Source: Heterodontus francisci (taxonomy: Eukaryota). From it: DNA of 64,000 nt. Positions 24,430 to 37,400 of this stretch are shown here, piece by piece. The translations under genes and the position numbers were made by a program. The stretch lies in assembly GCF_036365525.1 (NCBI RefSeq), contig NC_090399.1:13019558-13083557 (forward strand), written 5' to 3'. Each line of letters opens with the position of its first letter. The first letter of the stretch is position 1. The notes below the pieces were generated by a model. That model saw only the letters and a list, made by a program, of their open reading frames with translations, made no database searches and was not told the origin of the DNA.

Positions 24430-24875
24430 AAAGAACTTGATTTCTATTGTATATTTCACAACCTCAGGATGTTCCAAAGCACTTTACAACCAATTAAGTA
24501 CTCTTTAAAGTATATTCACTGTTGTAATATTGAAACACACCAGTCAATTTGCACACTGCAAGCTCCCACAAACAGCAATGTGAGAATGACTGGATTTTTT
24601 TTTTTTAAAGTGATGTTGGTTGTGGGATGACTTATTGGCCAGGATGTCTGGAAGAACTCCAGCTTATTTTCAAAACATTGCTGTGTGATTTTTCATGTGT
24701 ACTTGAGGGGGCAGAGGGGTCTCAGTTTAATGCCTCATTTGAAAGATGGAACCAATAACCGTGCATAGCTTCCTCAGTACTGACCTGGCAGCGCCAGCTT
24801 GGCTAATGTGTTCTAGGCACTGGAGTGGAACTTAAATTGATGACTGTCTGACTCAGTGGTGCGAGTACTACCACT
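24430..24875 (-). mobile_element. DeuSINE (SacSINE1-like)
   Basis: Reverse complement of Deu domain and L2-type tail (caagctcccacaaacagcaatg, caaagcactttaca). Confidence 0.7.
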
Positions 24876-25764
24876 CACTGAGGACAGATGTATCCTCTTA
24901 ACCTGGGGTCCATGAAGGCCTCAGGTTCAGTGTCCAGGCTGTGCTGACATTCTTGATCTTACCTGGTGCAGCACAAATGGGCTCAGCATGACTGATTTAG
25001 GGAAGAGGGCGGGTAAGGTCAGCTGGAGGTTCTGCAGCTCCCCACAGTCCAGTAACCCTTGTTGGAAAATACAGATGTGTAGTTGTCAGATGAGCACAGA
25101 ATTGGGACTGAGCTGCAATGCGAACCCATAGTTCAATAATCTACCAACAATCACTATCTTGGCTGCTAGGGACTCTTGGACCAATAAGCAGATGCAGTAA
25201 TAAGGCACCTCCAGAGCCCAAACTCCGTCTATTTCAATGCAACAGACATGGTGGGGCAAGATCAGCTAAGTGAAATCTATTTACAGCAATGCCTACTCAA
25301 TATTAAGGTCAAGGGATCAAGTCATTTACAGTTTAATTACGTAGATTTTGTTTCCACCATGCAACTGTTAACTTTACCCTGGCAGTTAAGCTCCCCATTA
25401 GATGCAATAGAAAAGATTAAATTGATGTGAAACTCATGCAACATGACAACTTCATCCTGGCTCAGAAACATCTGCTTTACTGATTGTGATGACATGGGGT
25501 TGGGTTAATATCTTTTGCAACCATTAAGCTTCTTTCTCCACTCCTTCACGGCCACTTTGAAAGGATCAATTTGCACAATGCATTCTGCTCCCGAGTCCGC
25601 AGAGCCTCGAGTTTGATGAGAAGCAGTTTTACTCAATCAATCTTTTCTCCCTCCACTCGCATGTCTCCCAGGGTAGTAATGAGGTGAGTGTTTTTTTTAT
25701 TGGCTTGTCTGCTGGAACTTGGGTCAGGTGCCCACCTCCACTTTACACCAGTCTTTTGAATGAG

Positions 25765-26068
25765 ACATTAAACTGAGGCCCCCCTTTGCCATCTCAGGTG
25801 TATGTAAAAGGTCCCATGACACTATTTAAGAGCAGGTGAGTTATCCTTGGCACCCATGGTCAATATTTGTCCCTCAATCAACATTAGTAAAAAAAAAAAA
25901 ATCTGGATATATTAGATTGCTGTTTTGGGAGCTTGCTGTGCAAAAATTAGCTGCTGTGTCTCCTACATTATGACAGTGACTACACTTCAAAAGGTATTTC
26001 ATTGACTATAAAGCACTTTGGGATGTCCTGAGCTCAGAGGTGCGACAGAAATGCAAATCTTTCTTTTT
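25765..26068 (+). mobile_element. DeuSINE (SacSINE1-like), 5'-truncated
   Basis: ctcaggtgtatgtaaaaggtcccatgacactattt...gggagcttgctgtgc...aaagcactttgggatgtcctgag. Confidence 0.75.
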
Positions 26069-26194
26069 ACATTTAGAAAACATGGCAACGCCAACCACCA
26101 AAATTAAAGTCACCTGATGGATTTATCCGATGAACAGGTGATACCATGCAGTCCAAGCTTTGAGCCCTGATGACCACAATGCCACTATCTCCCA

Positions 26195-26555
26195 GCAGCA
26201 ATGTCACTAGACTAGTAACCAAGAGGCCTAGGCTAATGCCCTGGGGACACTGGTTCAAATCCCACCATGGCAGCTGGTGGGATTTAAATTCAATTAATTA
26301 AAAAAATCTGGAATTGAAAGCTAGTTTCAGTAATGGTGCTATAAAACTACCACTGATTGTTGTAAAAACTCATCTGGTGCACTAATGTCCTTTAGGGAAG
26401 GAAATCTGCTGTCCTTACCTGGTCTGGCCTACATGTGACTCCAGACCCACAGCAATGTGGTTGACTCTTAACTGCCCTCTGAAATGACTTTGCAAGCCAC
26501 TCAGTTGTCAAGGGTAATTAGGGATGGCCTTGCTCACATCCAATGAAAGAATAAT
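26195..26555 (+). mobile_element. Short tRNA-headed element made of the 5' and 3' ends of the single-ORF LINE
   Basis: B box ggttcaaatccc; body matches 2844-3129, then joins directly to the LINE 3' tail (tcaagggtaattagggatgg). Confidence 0.75.
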
Positions 26556-28329
26556 ATATTTTAAAAAAATCAGAGAAGTGGAGAGACCTCTGAAGGGGTT
26601 AGAGAGATAGGGAAAAGGTGAAGGCATGGAGGGCTTGGAAAACAAGGATGGGACATTTAAAATTGTAGCATTGCTGGAACGGGGCCCAATGGGATTGTTA
26701 GGCTGTTAGTCGAGGGGATTGTGAAATTTTCACACACTATCCAAATTTGGCCTGCACCTTGCAGAGGCATTTTTGGCTGTACAAAACTACATAAAATAAG
26801 ATTCTATAGCACACAAACAGGCCATCTGCCCAACAGGTTTAAGCCAGTGTTTATACTCCACATGAGCCTCCTCCCACCTTACCTCATCTCACCCTATCAA
26901 CATCTCTTTCTATTTCTTACTCTCATGTAATTATCTAGCTTCCCCTTAAATGAGTCTGTTATTCACCTCAACATAGTAGTAAATTCCACGTTCTGGGAGG
27001 TTTCTCATGACTTCTTTATTGGATTTACTAGAGAGTAGCTTGTATATATGAACTCCACTTTGGACACACACACTCACACAAACGTGAAAACATCTTCTCT
27101 AAAAGCTTTTTAAATTACTGATGGTTATAGGTCTTTCCCTGGTGCAGTGGGCAGTTTGAGGGTGGAATTATAACTCTCTATGTAAGCCGACACAAAGTGG
27201 CCTCCATGACAAATGAAGTGGAGAGTCATGTCCTGATCAGCTCTGGAATGCAGCAATGTGAGAATCCTTTGGGCAAGGCATCCTCACATCACTCAAACTC
27301 GACACTCTGTGGAGTATAACTCAGTGTGGCGTTCAGCTGGGTCTTTAAAAGAAAAACTTTAAAATAAAGGAGTTCTGTTGCACATAGTAGGAACTTCTAT
27401 AAAACATAAACCAGATCTTTAAATATTTTGACTAACTGGACTTTCAATACATTGTCAGCTTGGAAACGCAGCTCTGTGCAGGTATGTACGACACTCCCTT
27501 GGTAACCCACAGCATAAGATGTTCCTACCACTCTCACGACCAGGAATACAACTGCAGTACCAGTATCACACATCATTAAAGCATGTTGCCTTCAGTATGG
27601 TTCCCTCTCCAACCTCCCCAGTGCTAGCAATATGTTAAATAACCTCAACAACACTGATATTGGAACCAACCAGTTCAGGGCTGTTTTAAGAGAACACATA
27701 AAATAATTTACAATCATTCTTTGCAATGCAGAAGTAACATTTCTGCAACAACAACTTAACACACGATTAAAAATTATAAATTTGTTCCCCCCCAAATTAA
27801 AAAGTCTTCGTTAAAAATGCAATGAAAATTAATGCACATTAGAAGCAACTCTATTAATTGCTTCAAAGTTGGTTGATTGACTGCATTAATGTATACTTGC
27901 CACACGTGCACTTAGAAATTTCTGGCATGCCTTTTGAACACTTGGCAATCCATTTACTTGGAGCAGATTAAAATAAAAACTTAAAAGGCAAATATGGGAA
28001 CGTCATCCAAATGCATTGACGCACGGGTTAAAAATAGCACACCAAATCAATTTCTATCTTAATGTTATTCCTGAGTAAATAATAAAGCAATATTGTCTAC
28101 ATTTCCTTTACTCTGTGGAGTAACATTGAGGATATACTTGAAAACAATCTAATTTTTTGTTAAGTTGTACTGGTTCTATTTATGGTGACATGACAGTCCT
28201 AAGATATGTATGTAATGATTTACATTGTGTTCATTCACCAGTGTGATTCATCACTTGCAATTTATCAAAGTATATTTTGCATAATATACAGTTTCTAAAG
28301 ATAATTTAATGGGGGAAATTTAACTTAAT

Positions 28330-28775
28330 GAGAAGCAAGCTCTCCTTAGATCAGGGAAGGTTAAGGGGAGGACTTTAACTGAAGTGTTCAGAATTATGAG
28401 GGGTTTTGATAGGGTAAATAGGCAGAAAGTATTTCTTCTGGCAGGAAGGTCGATAGCCAGAGGACACAGAATTAGGATAATTATGAAACCTTTCCGGGTG
28501 GGGGTGGGAGCGGATGAAGTGGTGGGTGAAGAGCAGTTTGTTTTTAATGCAGTGAGTTGTTGTGATCTGGAATGCATTGCCTAAAAAGGTGGAGGAAACA
28601 GATTCAATAGTAACTTTCAAACAGGAATAGATAAATACTCAAAATGGAAAAATTTGCAGGGCTATGGGGGAAAAGTAGGGGGAAATGTGCGACTAACTGG
28701 AGAGCTCTTTCAAAGAGCTGGCACAGACACGACGGGCCTAATGGCCTCCTTCTGTGCTTTATGATTCTATGATTT
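28330..28775 (+). mobile_element. CR1 3' fragment
   Basis: FRIMRGFDRVN...ARGHR; tail gggcctaatggcctccttctgtg...atgattctatg. Confidence 0.7.
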
Positions 28776-30954
28776 TATGTCCTCTTGATTCACATCATTT
28801 TCCTTGCCACTCCTTCCACCCCCCCCCCCCCCCCCCCCCAATGAGCGTTCATTCTCATCAGTGAGAGGGATGTTGGACCTGGGGTCTAAAGCAACAGTAT
28901 CAAGCACTCCCACATTCAGGGATGGCCCATTTCACATCAGTAAAGCTCACTCCACTGTAACTCAATCACAGATGCACAGCCCTAACTATATAAGTTAATG
29001 AATGTTGGGAGGGTTTTGTGCTGTGCACTTACGCCAGCGAGGAGCTAAAATAAGATGACTGACATTCATTTTACTTAGAATGGTTAACTAGCAGAGAAGG
29101 AAAACTTTTGTCCAATATCTTAATGATTTAAAATGGCTGTACGCTATTCCACTGACCCACCCACTTCCAGATGTTTATCACTGTCGTCAAAAAATGGTGT
29201 GCTCAGATGCACATTGTGAGTATGTTGCATAAAAAATTCTCCCCATGCAATTCAGATAGACTAACAATTTAGGGATGTGCAGAATGAGTTTAAATTCACA
29301 CTCCCATTAGTCTGAAAACCAAGAGATCTTGGGAGAACTGAGTTAAGATTCACCAAACAATTCAGTAACTGTTCCAAGAACCTCACTCCAAAAGCTCCAG
29401 GCTCACTCATTTCAAACAAAACAAAATAGTAATGATCACAAATGGGGTCAATCTGTTTAGGCTTAAGGGACACACAGCTACAATTTGGACAACTGTGCAG
29501 CATTCTGATAGTATATCAGCCAAGGACAGACAATAGAGGGACATACAGTCACCATCATTCAAACTGGGCAGCCGGTTATATCAGTCAACAAGCAGGGAAC
29601 ACCATTAGTGTTATCAATTTGACAGCTGCCAGTTCAACAGTCTTCAGGGCTCCATTAATTTCAGGCTTTATTATATATAATAACATTATTATATACTATA
29701 TAATAATGTGCAGTTGGTTAAGGTGTGCTGAATGCAAAGAAAGAACAGACACCAAGTAAATATAATTTCGTTAATGTTCAATTACCTTGTGTGTACTTAA
29801 ACCCTTCTGATCCTCCTGGGTGGCGGTTACAGTTTGTACTGAGCAGTGACTGAAGCTTAAATAAAGCTGCAGGTCAGTGAAGCAGTAAACAACTGGGTAA
29901 GCGACACAGAAGTGTTCTTGTTATATAGTGGAGCACTGGAATGGCACTACCACATTCTGTTGACCATCGCATATAGGCGGGAATTTGAGTTTCCTCAGAC
30001 ACACCTGCTGCAAACAGTGGGGGCGGCTTATAAACTTCCACCTTGCCCCCCATCAGTTCATACAGAGAACAGAACTCTTAATACAGGCCTGCTCTCCTCA
30101 AAAACCCCACCCCACCCATCCACCTCTCCCCCCTACAAAGTTCCCACCATGACACTGAGCCATAAAGACAAAGAGGTCCCAGAGAGTGGTGAGAATGTGG
30201 AACTCGCTACCTACCAGAAGGCATGGCTGATGTGAATAGTGCAGATGCATTTAAGTGGAAAGCTAGACAAGTACGTCAGGGATAAAGGACGAGAAGGTTA
30301 TGCTGATCGGGCAAAGTGAAGTAGTGTGGGAGGAGGAGAGTTAACATTTCAGGTCAGTGACCTGAAACATTAACTCTGTCTCTCTCTCTCCACAGAAGCT
30401 GCCAGAACTGAGTATTTCCAGCATTTTTTGTTTTTATTTCAGATTTCCAGCTTGTATTTTACTGTGGGAGGAGGCTCGTGCAGAGCATAAACACTGGCTT
30501 GGCCCAGTTGATCTGAATGGTCTGTTTCTGTGCTGTGAAATTCTGTGTAGTTTGATCTCTGATCTGTGCTGAGGTCTGGACTATGCCCTTGGACTAGCGG
30601 TTTGGCAACAGGGATAAAAACGAACTATGCTTGCCAACAGAAGGAGGCCTTATCTTGCTTATCATGTTTGTGCTGGCTTTTTGCGAGAACTTTCGTTTTA
30701 AAAAGAAAACACGTGAACAGCCTGTCAACACTCTCTCTGGAATCTCAGATGAAGAATGGACCCCTCTTTTGGACACGGTCACTTGTGGGACCTCCTCCCC
30801 CCATCTCAGGGAGAATCGGCACCTTTGAGAGAGATCTGGGTTGGAAGGCGAGAGACGGCGTGGTAGTGGGAGGAGGAAAAACATTGAATGCCCATCTAAG
30901 AAGATGTAGGTTGAACTGGTTCCCGCATGCAATTCCCAGCTCTGCAGAGATTAT

Positions 30955-31493
30955 TCACAAATACAGGTGCTGTATTCTCAGCATCCCATTATTGCTCTTT
31001 CCCACCTTCAAGCCCGGGTAAAAGAAAGGATAGACCTTCTCAGTGAAGGTGGCATGGAAAGTGAAGAAATGGGTAAAGAGATCCGCATCGTAGAAAGAAA
31101 CCCTTCCTCCTTCATAGTCCAGGTAAACCCCAATCCGGGTGGGATTGCCCTTCACCTCGATCACTTTAGGATGGAAAAGAAAAACTCCAAAGTTGTCCTT
31201 CTCCCTGTATATGGTCCAGTACCCGTGCTTGGGAGATTGCCGGAGGTCACCCTTCCGGTTGATGGACTCCTTGACGATGCCCAGACTCCAATCTTTGCCG
31301 TCCCCCACATCCACTTGCCAGTAGTGCTTCCCCGAAGTGAACCCGTCAGAACTCAGGATGAAGGCGGCAACGTCGAATCTCTCCGGGGTGTCGGGAACCA
31401 TTTTGGGCTTCTCGTTGTACCTCACTCTGTTTGAACCACAGAGGGAGAGGTGGGAGCAGGCAGTAGCAGGGTTGAAGGTCAGATTTGACAGAC
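30955..31493 (-). CDS. TRIM exon 7: PRY-SPRY (B30.2) domain and stop codon
   Basis: tttacag|GT; LTFNPATA...PERFD...[12 protein letters not shown]...[16 protein letters not shown]...FTEKVYPFF; TGA at 30955-30957. Confidence 0.95.
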
Positions 31494-34400
31494 CTGTAAA
31501 GATTACTCAACATTAGAATACATCCAGACAGACAAACATTAAAAAGAAAGTTTCTCTGCTGTGAGGTTTAACAATATCAGTATGGACCTGTTTATTATAT
31601 AGAAAAAAAGGGCCCTTTTTCTCTCTCAAAGACCTGCATTTATCCAGAGCCTTTCACAACCTCAGGATGTCACAAAGTGCCTTTCAGCCAATGGCAGTGT
31701 AGTCACTGTCATATAATGTAGGAAAAGTGGCAGCTAATGTGCACACAGCAAGCTCCCACAAATAGCAAGGTGATATTCTCCAGATAATTTATTTTGAGAT
31801 GTTGACTGAATGAGAAATATTGCCCAGGACAGCAAGGAAAATCATCCTGTTCCTCCTTGGATTCTTTACATTCCTTCCTTCCCAGCTGAAAGGGCTGACG
31901 AGGCCACGGCCTCAGTTCCACCTAACACCTTAAAGACGATGCCTCCAACATGGCAGCACGAGCTTTGTGCTCAAAGCACTGGAGTGGGACTTGAACCCAC
32001 AACCTTCTGACACAGATGCGAGAGTGCTGCCAATTGAAGCACTGCTGAAGGGCAAATACTCTATTTGGAGCGCGGTTCCACAAGCCCCAGCCAGTCTCCA
32101 TTACCTTTAACCCAAGTGCTCACTCTCCATCAGCAGACTATCCAAAGTGGGGGCAGGACAGACAAATTCACAGCTCAAGTCCTTACTGGACTTGCAAAAG
32201 GTCAGGAGTCGGCCATTCAGCCCCTCAAGCCTGTTCTGCTAATCAGTTAGATCATGACCAATCTGTACCTTAACTCCACCTTGGTTCCGTTACCACTGAG
32301 GACCTTGTCCAACAAAAGAAAACTATCAATCTCAGTTTTAGAAATGTTCAAGTTTCAACAGCTTTAGCGAGGTGAGAATTCCAGGTTTTCATTAACCTGG
32401 CATCATCCCCTGAATGACCTAGCTTCAATTTTAAGGTTCTGCCCCCTGCCCTTCTTCTGGTGGTGCAAATCCAGAACAAATAGTTTCCCCTCTACCGACC
32501 CTAGTTATCTTAAACGCCTCAATTAGATTACCCCTTTACAGCAAGGGCCACTGGTCAGCCAGCAGGGCAGGAACACTCATTGATTTTATTTTCGCTTTGT
32601 TGATTTCAAGAGAATTAAAATCAGGAGGGTTCTACAAAGGGCATGTGATCTGCTCCCCAACAACCCTCCCACCCAGCCCACCCTCAGCCAGATGGCTGCC
32701 CAGACAGTGAAGATGAAATCCACCCCATTGAATCACCTGGGTCTAAAATCTTGAACATATTTTTCCAAGTCCAGTACTGCAGCGGACCCAGGTAGTTCTC
32801 TGGCTTTACCCTCACGGGTATGTTCTCCAAGGGAGGCACACAAATCTTTGCTCTGAATTTAAAAATGAAAAAAGTGAAAGTTAGAACCATTTATTTATTA
32901 CCGGTACCGTATCAATGGTCAAAAACCCCACTGGTCCAGCAGCAAGGATGCATCAGTCAACCGACAGACCCAAGAGAGAGACAATAGTTTACCAGCAGCT
33001 GACCAGGGAAGAGGGACTTCAGTAACAGGAAGAGATTCAAAAAGACAGGACTGTTCTCCTTGGAACAGAGAAGGTTCAGAGGCAACTCAATAAAGGTTTT
33101 CAAGATGCTGAGGATGAGTAAAGAGGGAAAAACTAGTCCCTTTGGCGAGTGGATCAATAACCAGAGGCCCTAGATTTAAAATTATTGGAAGAAGATCAAA
33201 AGAGGAGATGAGGAGAAATGTTTTCACTCAGACGCCGGGATCTGCAACCCTCGACCTGAAAAGGTGGTGGAAGCCGATTCCATAAATAATTTTAAAGGCG
33301 AGTTGAAGATGAGGAACATGCAAGGTTATGGGCACTAAGCAGACGTTGGGGGATAAGCACAACTGCTCTTTCAAAGAGCCAGCACAGGAACAACGGGCTG
33401 ATGACCTCCTTCTGTGTTGTAAGTTTCCATGATAAGTGGGGCTGCATTTTATCAAATCATCGAAACCTCAGCACAGAAGAGAAAGAATGGCATTGCATTC
33501 ATGGAGAACCTTTCACATCCTCTTCTTCAGAACTAAAGACTCAGTTTTGAAGAGTAGTCACTAAAAGCAGATGCAACAGCCAATTTTTATAAAAGGTTAA
33601 TGAGCTGTTTCTGGCAGGGTTGGTTGACGTTGGCCAGAGCACCAACAGGATGGCCTGCATTTTCTTCAAAATAATACTGTGGGATCTTTTACATCCACGT
33701 ACAGACAGACAGGGCCCTTGCTTTAACATCTCCTCTGAAGGTCAGCACCGGCAACAGTGCAGCATTCCCCCCAGTACTGTACCAAAGTGTCAGCCTACAT
33801 TACATGCTCAAGGACTGAATTAGGGCTTCTAGTCACAACCTTCTGACTCGCAGGAGAGTGTGCTCCCAACTGAGCCAAACTGATCCTCACAGGACATTGA
33901 CTTATCCTGCTGTGCTGCTGTTAGCTTCAATGCAGTCACCTACTCTAATTCCAAGTCGCAGCCCCCTTTAACATTTTTCCTCTTCAAAATGTTCCTCCAA
34001 TGCACTTTCAACAATTAACTAATCTTCAGTAGCCAATCATTCCTTCTTCTAAGTTTTATCTGGGGAAAAAAGTTTCTTAATTCTTACGGCAAAGGTTCTT
34101 TCATATCACACAACACATTTGGAGGAATAAACCTATACCCTGACCTTTACTTGTGATACTTAACATGGACATTGGCAGACTCACTGGGGTAGGGGGGGTC
34201 CCGGAACCCATTGGGGAATATCCAACTTTTGCTCAGCATGATCGAGACAGGGAACTCGGCATAACCTTTGCCAGTTCTGATGAAAGGTCACAGTCTTGAA
34301 ACGTTAACTCTGCTTCTCTCTCCACAGATGCTGCCAGACCTGCTGAGTATATCTGTTTTTAACTCAGCTTATCACCGTTAGTGACATTCTTCTGAGTTAG

Positions 34401-37400
34401 AAGGTTTCAAACCCTACTCTAGAACTTTAGCACATAATCTAGACAGCACAGTGCAGTACTGAGGTAGCGCTGTACTGTCAGATATGCACCTTTCAATTCA
34501 CTTTGAGGAGTGATTCTCCGAATGTGGACGTCGCCAGCAAGGCCGACATTTATTGCCCATGCCTAATTGCCCTTAAGAAGGTGCTGGTGAGCTGCTGCTG
34601 TAGTCCGCGTGAAGCTGCTTCCATAGATCTGTTAGGGATGAAGTTCCAGGATTTTAGCCCAGCGATGATGCAGTTCAAGTCGGGATGGTGAGAGAGACTT
34701 GGAGGGGAAGATGGAGGTGATGGTGTTCCCATGCACCTGTTGCAAACTGCGTCCTTTTAGGTGGTAGAGATTGAGGGTTTGGAAGGTGCTGTGGTTGTTA
34801 ATTATATTATATATTATTGAAGGCAGAGTTTCTTGCAGTGTCTTGGCCAACATTTTTCATACGATCTCGGAGCAGGAGTAGGCTATGCAGCCCCTCGAGT
34901 CTGCTCCGCCATTCTTTAAAATCATGGCTTCTCTGTTTGTGGACTCAACCTCACTTTCCTGCTTACCCCGCTACCCTTTGAATCCCTTGTTTGTCAAGAA
35001 TCTGTCTACCTCTGCCTTAAAAACATTCAATGACCCTGCCTCCACCACTCTCCGGGGAAGAGAGTTCCAAAGATTCTCAACCATCCAAGAGAAAAAAAAG
35101 CTAATCTCTGTGTTAAATGGGAGACCCCTTATTTTTAAACTGTACTCCCTAGTTTTAATCTCTCCTACAGTGGGGAACATCCTTTCAACATCCACCCTGT
35201 CAAGTCCCCTCTGAATCTTAAATGTTTCAATAAGATCATCTCTCATCCTTCTAAACTCCAATGGATACAAACCCAACCTGTCCAACCTTTCCTTATAAGA
35301 TAACCCTTCTCATCCCAGGAATCAGTCAAATGAACCTTCTCTGAACTGTTTCCAATGCAATTCTGTCCTTTCTTAAGTAAGGAGACCAAAACTGTTGTCA
35401 TGCAGGCCCCCACCTGCCAAGAATGAGGCACACATTATTTTGCCACATGAACATTAAAACTTACAATTGCTGCTGGGAAGAAAAGAGGGCCTATCACGAG
35501 GAATTGCCAGGCCCCTAGCCGGAAAGACCTTTTTTTGGCATACTAGCAGACAGTGTTGGAACAAAGAACCCAGTCCTTGCTTCCCCAATACACAGAAGAC
35601 CTGGTCAGGCCAGTTTAGTCACATGACTAACTGGCTGTTTGAATTTGAACTTGCCAGAGTGTTTGAAACTCAAAACTCCTTTCTCCTGGACTAAGAACAC
35701 CTCTCTCCTACCTGCTCCCATCTCTTTCTCATGGTACTGAAGACTTATGAACCCCAAGAGAGAAAAGTCTCCTACAGTGAACAAGGTTTAAGAAGAATAC
35801 TGGGCCCCAACGAAAAGCAAGACTACCTACAATCAAGGACTACAGCGAAATCGAAGCACTGTAAAAACCCCTCTTCAGAGATTGCCTCAAACCTCTCCAT
35901 TTCATTTTTTCTTCTGCTCTTTGCTATCCCTATTTGCATGTGCGTATCTGTAGGCGTTAACCGAATTAGAGTTTAAGTTTAAGGTGTAATAAATTTCACT
36001 TTTCTTCTTTAAACCTAAGAAAGCCTGTTTATGCTAATTTCTTATGTGGTGAACAAGGATTCACCAAGGGAGAGCTCAAAACACTGTGATTAAAAATCAA
36101 ATCCTGTTACTATAAGACCAGGTGAAGACAGTAAAAGACCCCTAGACACCTTTCTCACCTGGTCGTAACACCGTACACAATACTCTAGATGTGATCTCAC
36201 CAATGCCCTATACAACTACAGCAAAACATCTCTATTTTTACATTCCATACGCAATAAATGACAACATTGTATTTGCCTTCATCACTTGCTGAACCTGCAT
36301 ACTAACTTTTTGTGTTTCGACACTAGGACACCCAGATCCCTCTGCATCTCAATGTTCTATAATCTCTCTCCAGCCAAAGTGGACAAGTTCACATTTGCCT
36401 ACATTATACTCCATCTGCCAAATCTGAAGGGGTGGAAGAGGCAGGAACCCTCACAACATTTAATAAGTATTTAGATGAGCACTTGAAACTCCATAGCATA
36501 CAAGGCTACGGGCCAAGTGCTGGAAAATGGGATTAGAATAGATAGGCTTGATGGCCGTCAGGGACACGGTGGGCCGAAGGGCCTGTTTCTGTGCTGCATA
36601 ACTCTATGACTCTCCCACTCACTTAACCTATCTATATCCCTTTGCAGAGTCCTATGTCCTCTTCACTACTTACTCTCCTACCTATCTTTGAGTCATCAGC
36701 AAATTTAGCAACCATACATTGTCCCTTCATCCAAGGCACTGACAAATTGTAAATAGTTGAGGCCCCAGCACTGATGCCTGTGCCACTCCACTAGTTACAG
36801 CTTGCAAACATTTATACCTACTCTCTGTTGCCTGTTAGCTAATCAATCCCCCATCCATGCTAACATGTTACCCTCAATACCAATGGCTCTTATTCTGTTT
36901 AGTAACCTTTGACGTGACACCTTGTCAACTGCCTTCTGGAAATCCAGGTACACCACATCTACAGGTTCTCCTTTATCCACGTTGCTTGTTACTTCCTCAA
37001 ATAATTCTAATAAACTAGTTAAACAGGATTTCCCTTTCACAAAACCATGTTGACTCTGTCTGATTGCATTGAGATTTTCTAAATGACCTGCTATAATCTC
37101 CTTAAGAATACATTCCAGCATTTTCTCTATGACAGATCTTAGGCTAACTGGCCTGTAGTTTACTGTTTTCTGTCCTCATTTTTGAATAGCGGAGTTACAT
37201 TGTGATCTTTCAATCTGATGAGACCTTTCCAGAATCTATGGAATTTTGGAAAATTAAAACCAATGCACCTGCCATCTCAGCAGCCACTTCTTTTAAGACC
37301 CTAGAATGAAACCCCATTAGGACCTGGGGATTGGTCAGCTTTTAGTTCTAATAATTTTCTCACTACCCTTTCCCTGGTGATGGTAACTGTTTTAAGTTCC

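Noticed and set aside
22200-30900. SNORD48/SNORD52-like snoRNAs expected if a SNHG32-type host gene flanks HSP70 as in human
   Set aside because: No convincing C/D box pair with matching guide found by eye (e.g. 27237-27293 has only an imperfect C box). An Infernal/snoscan search would settle it.
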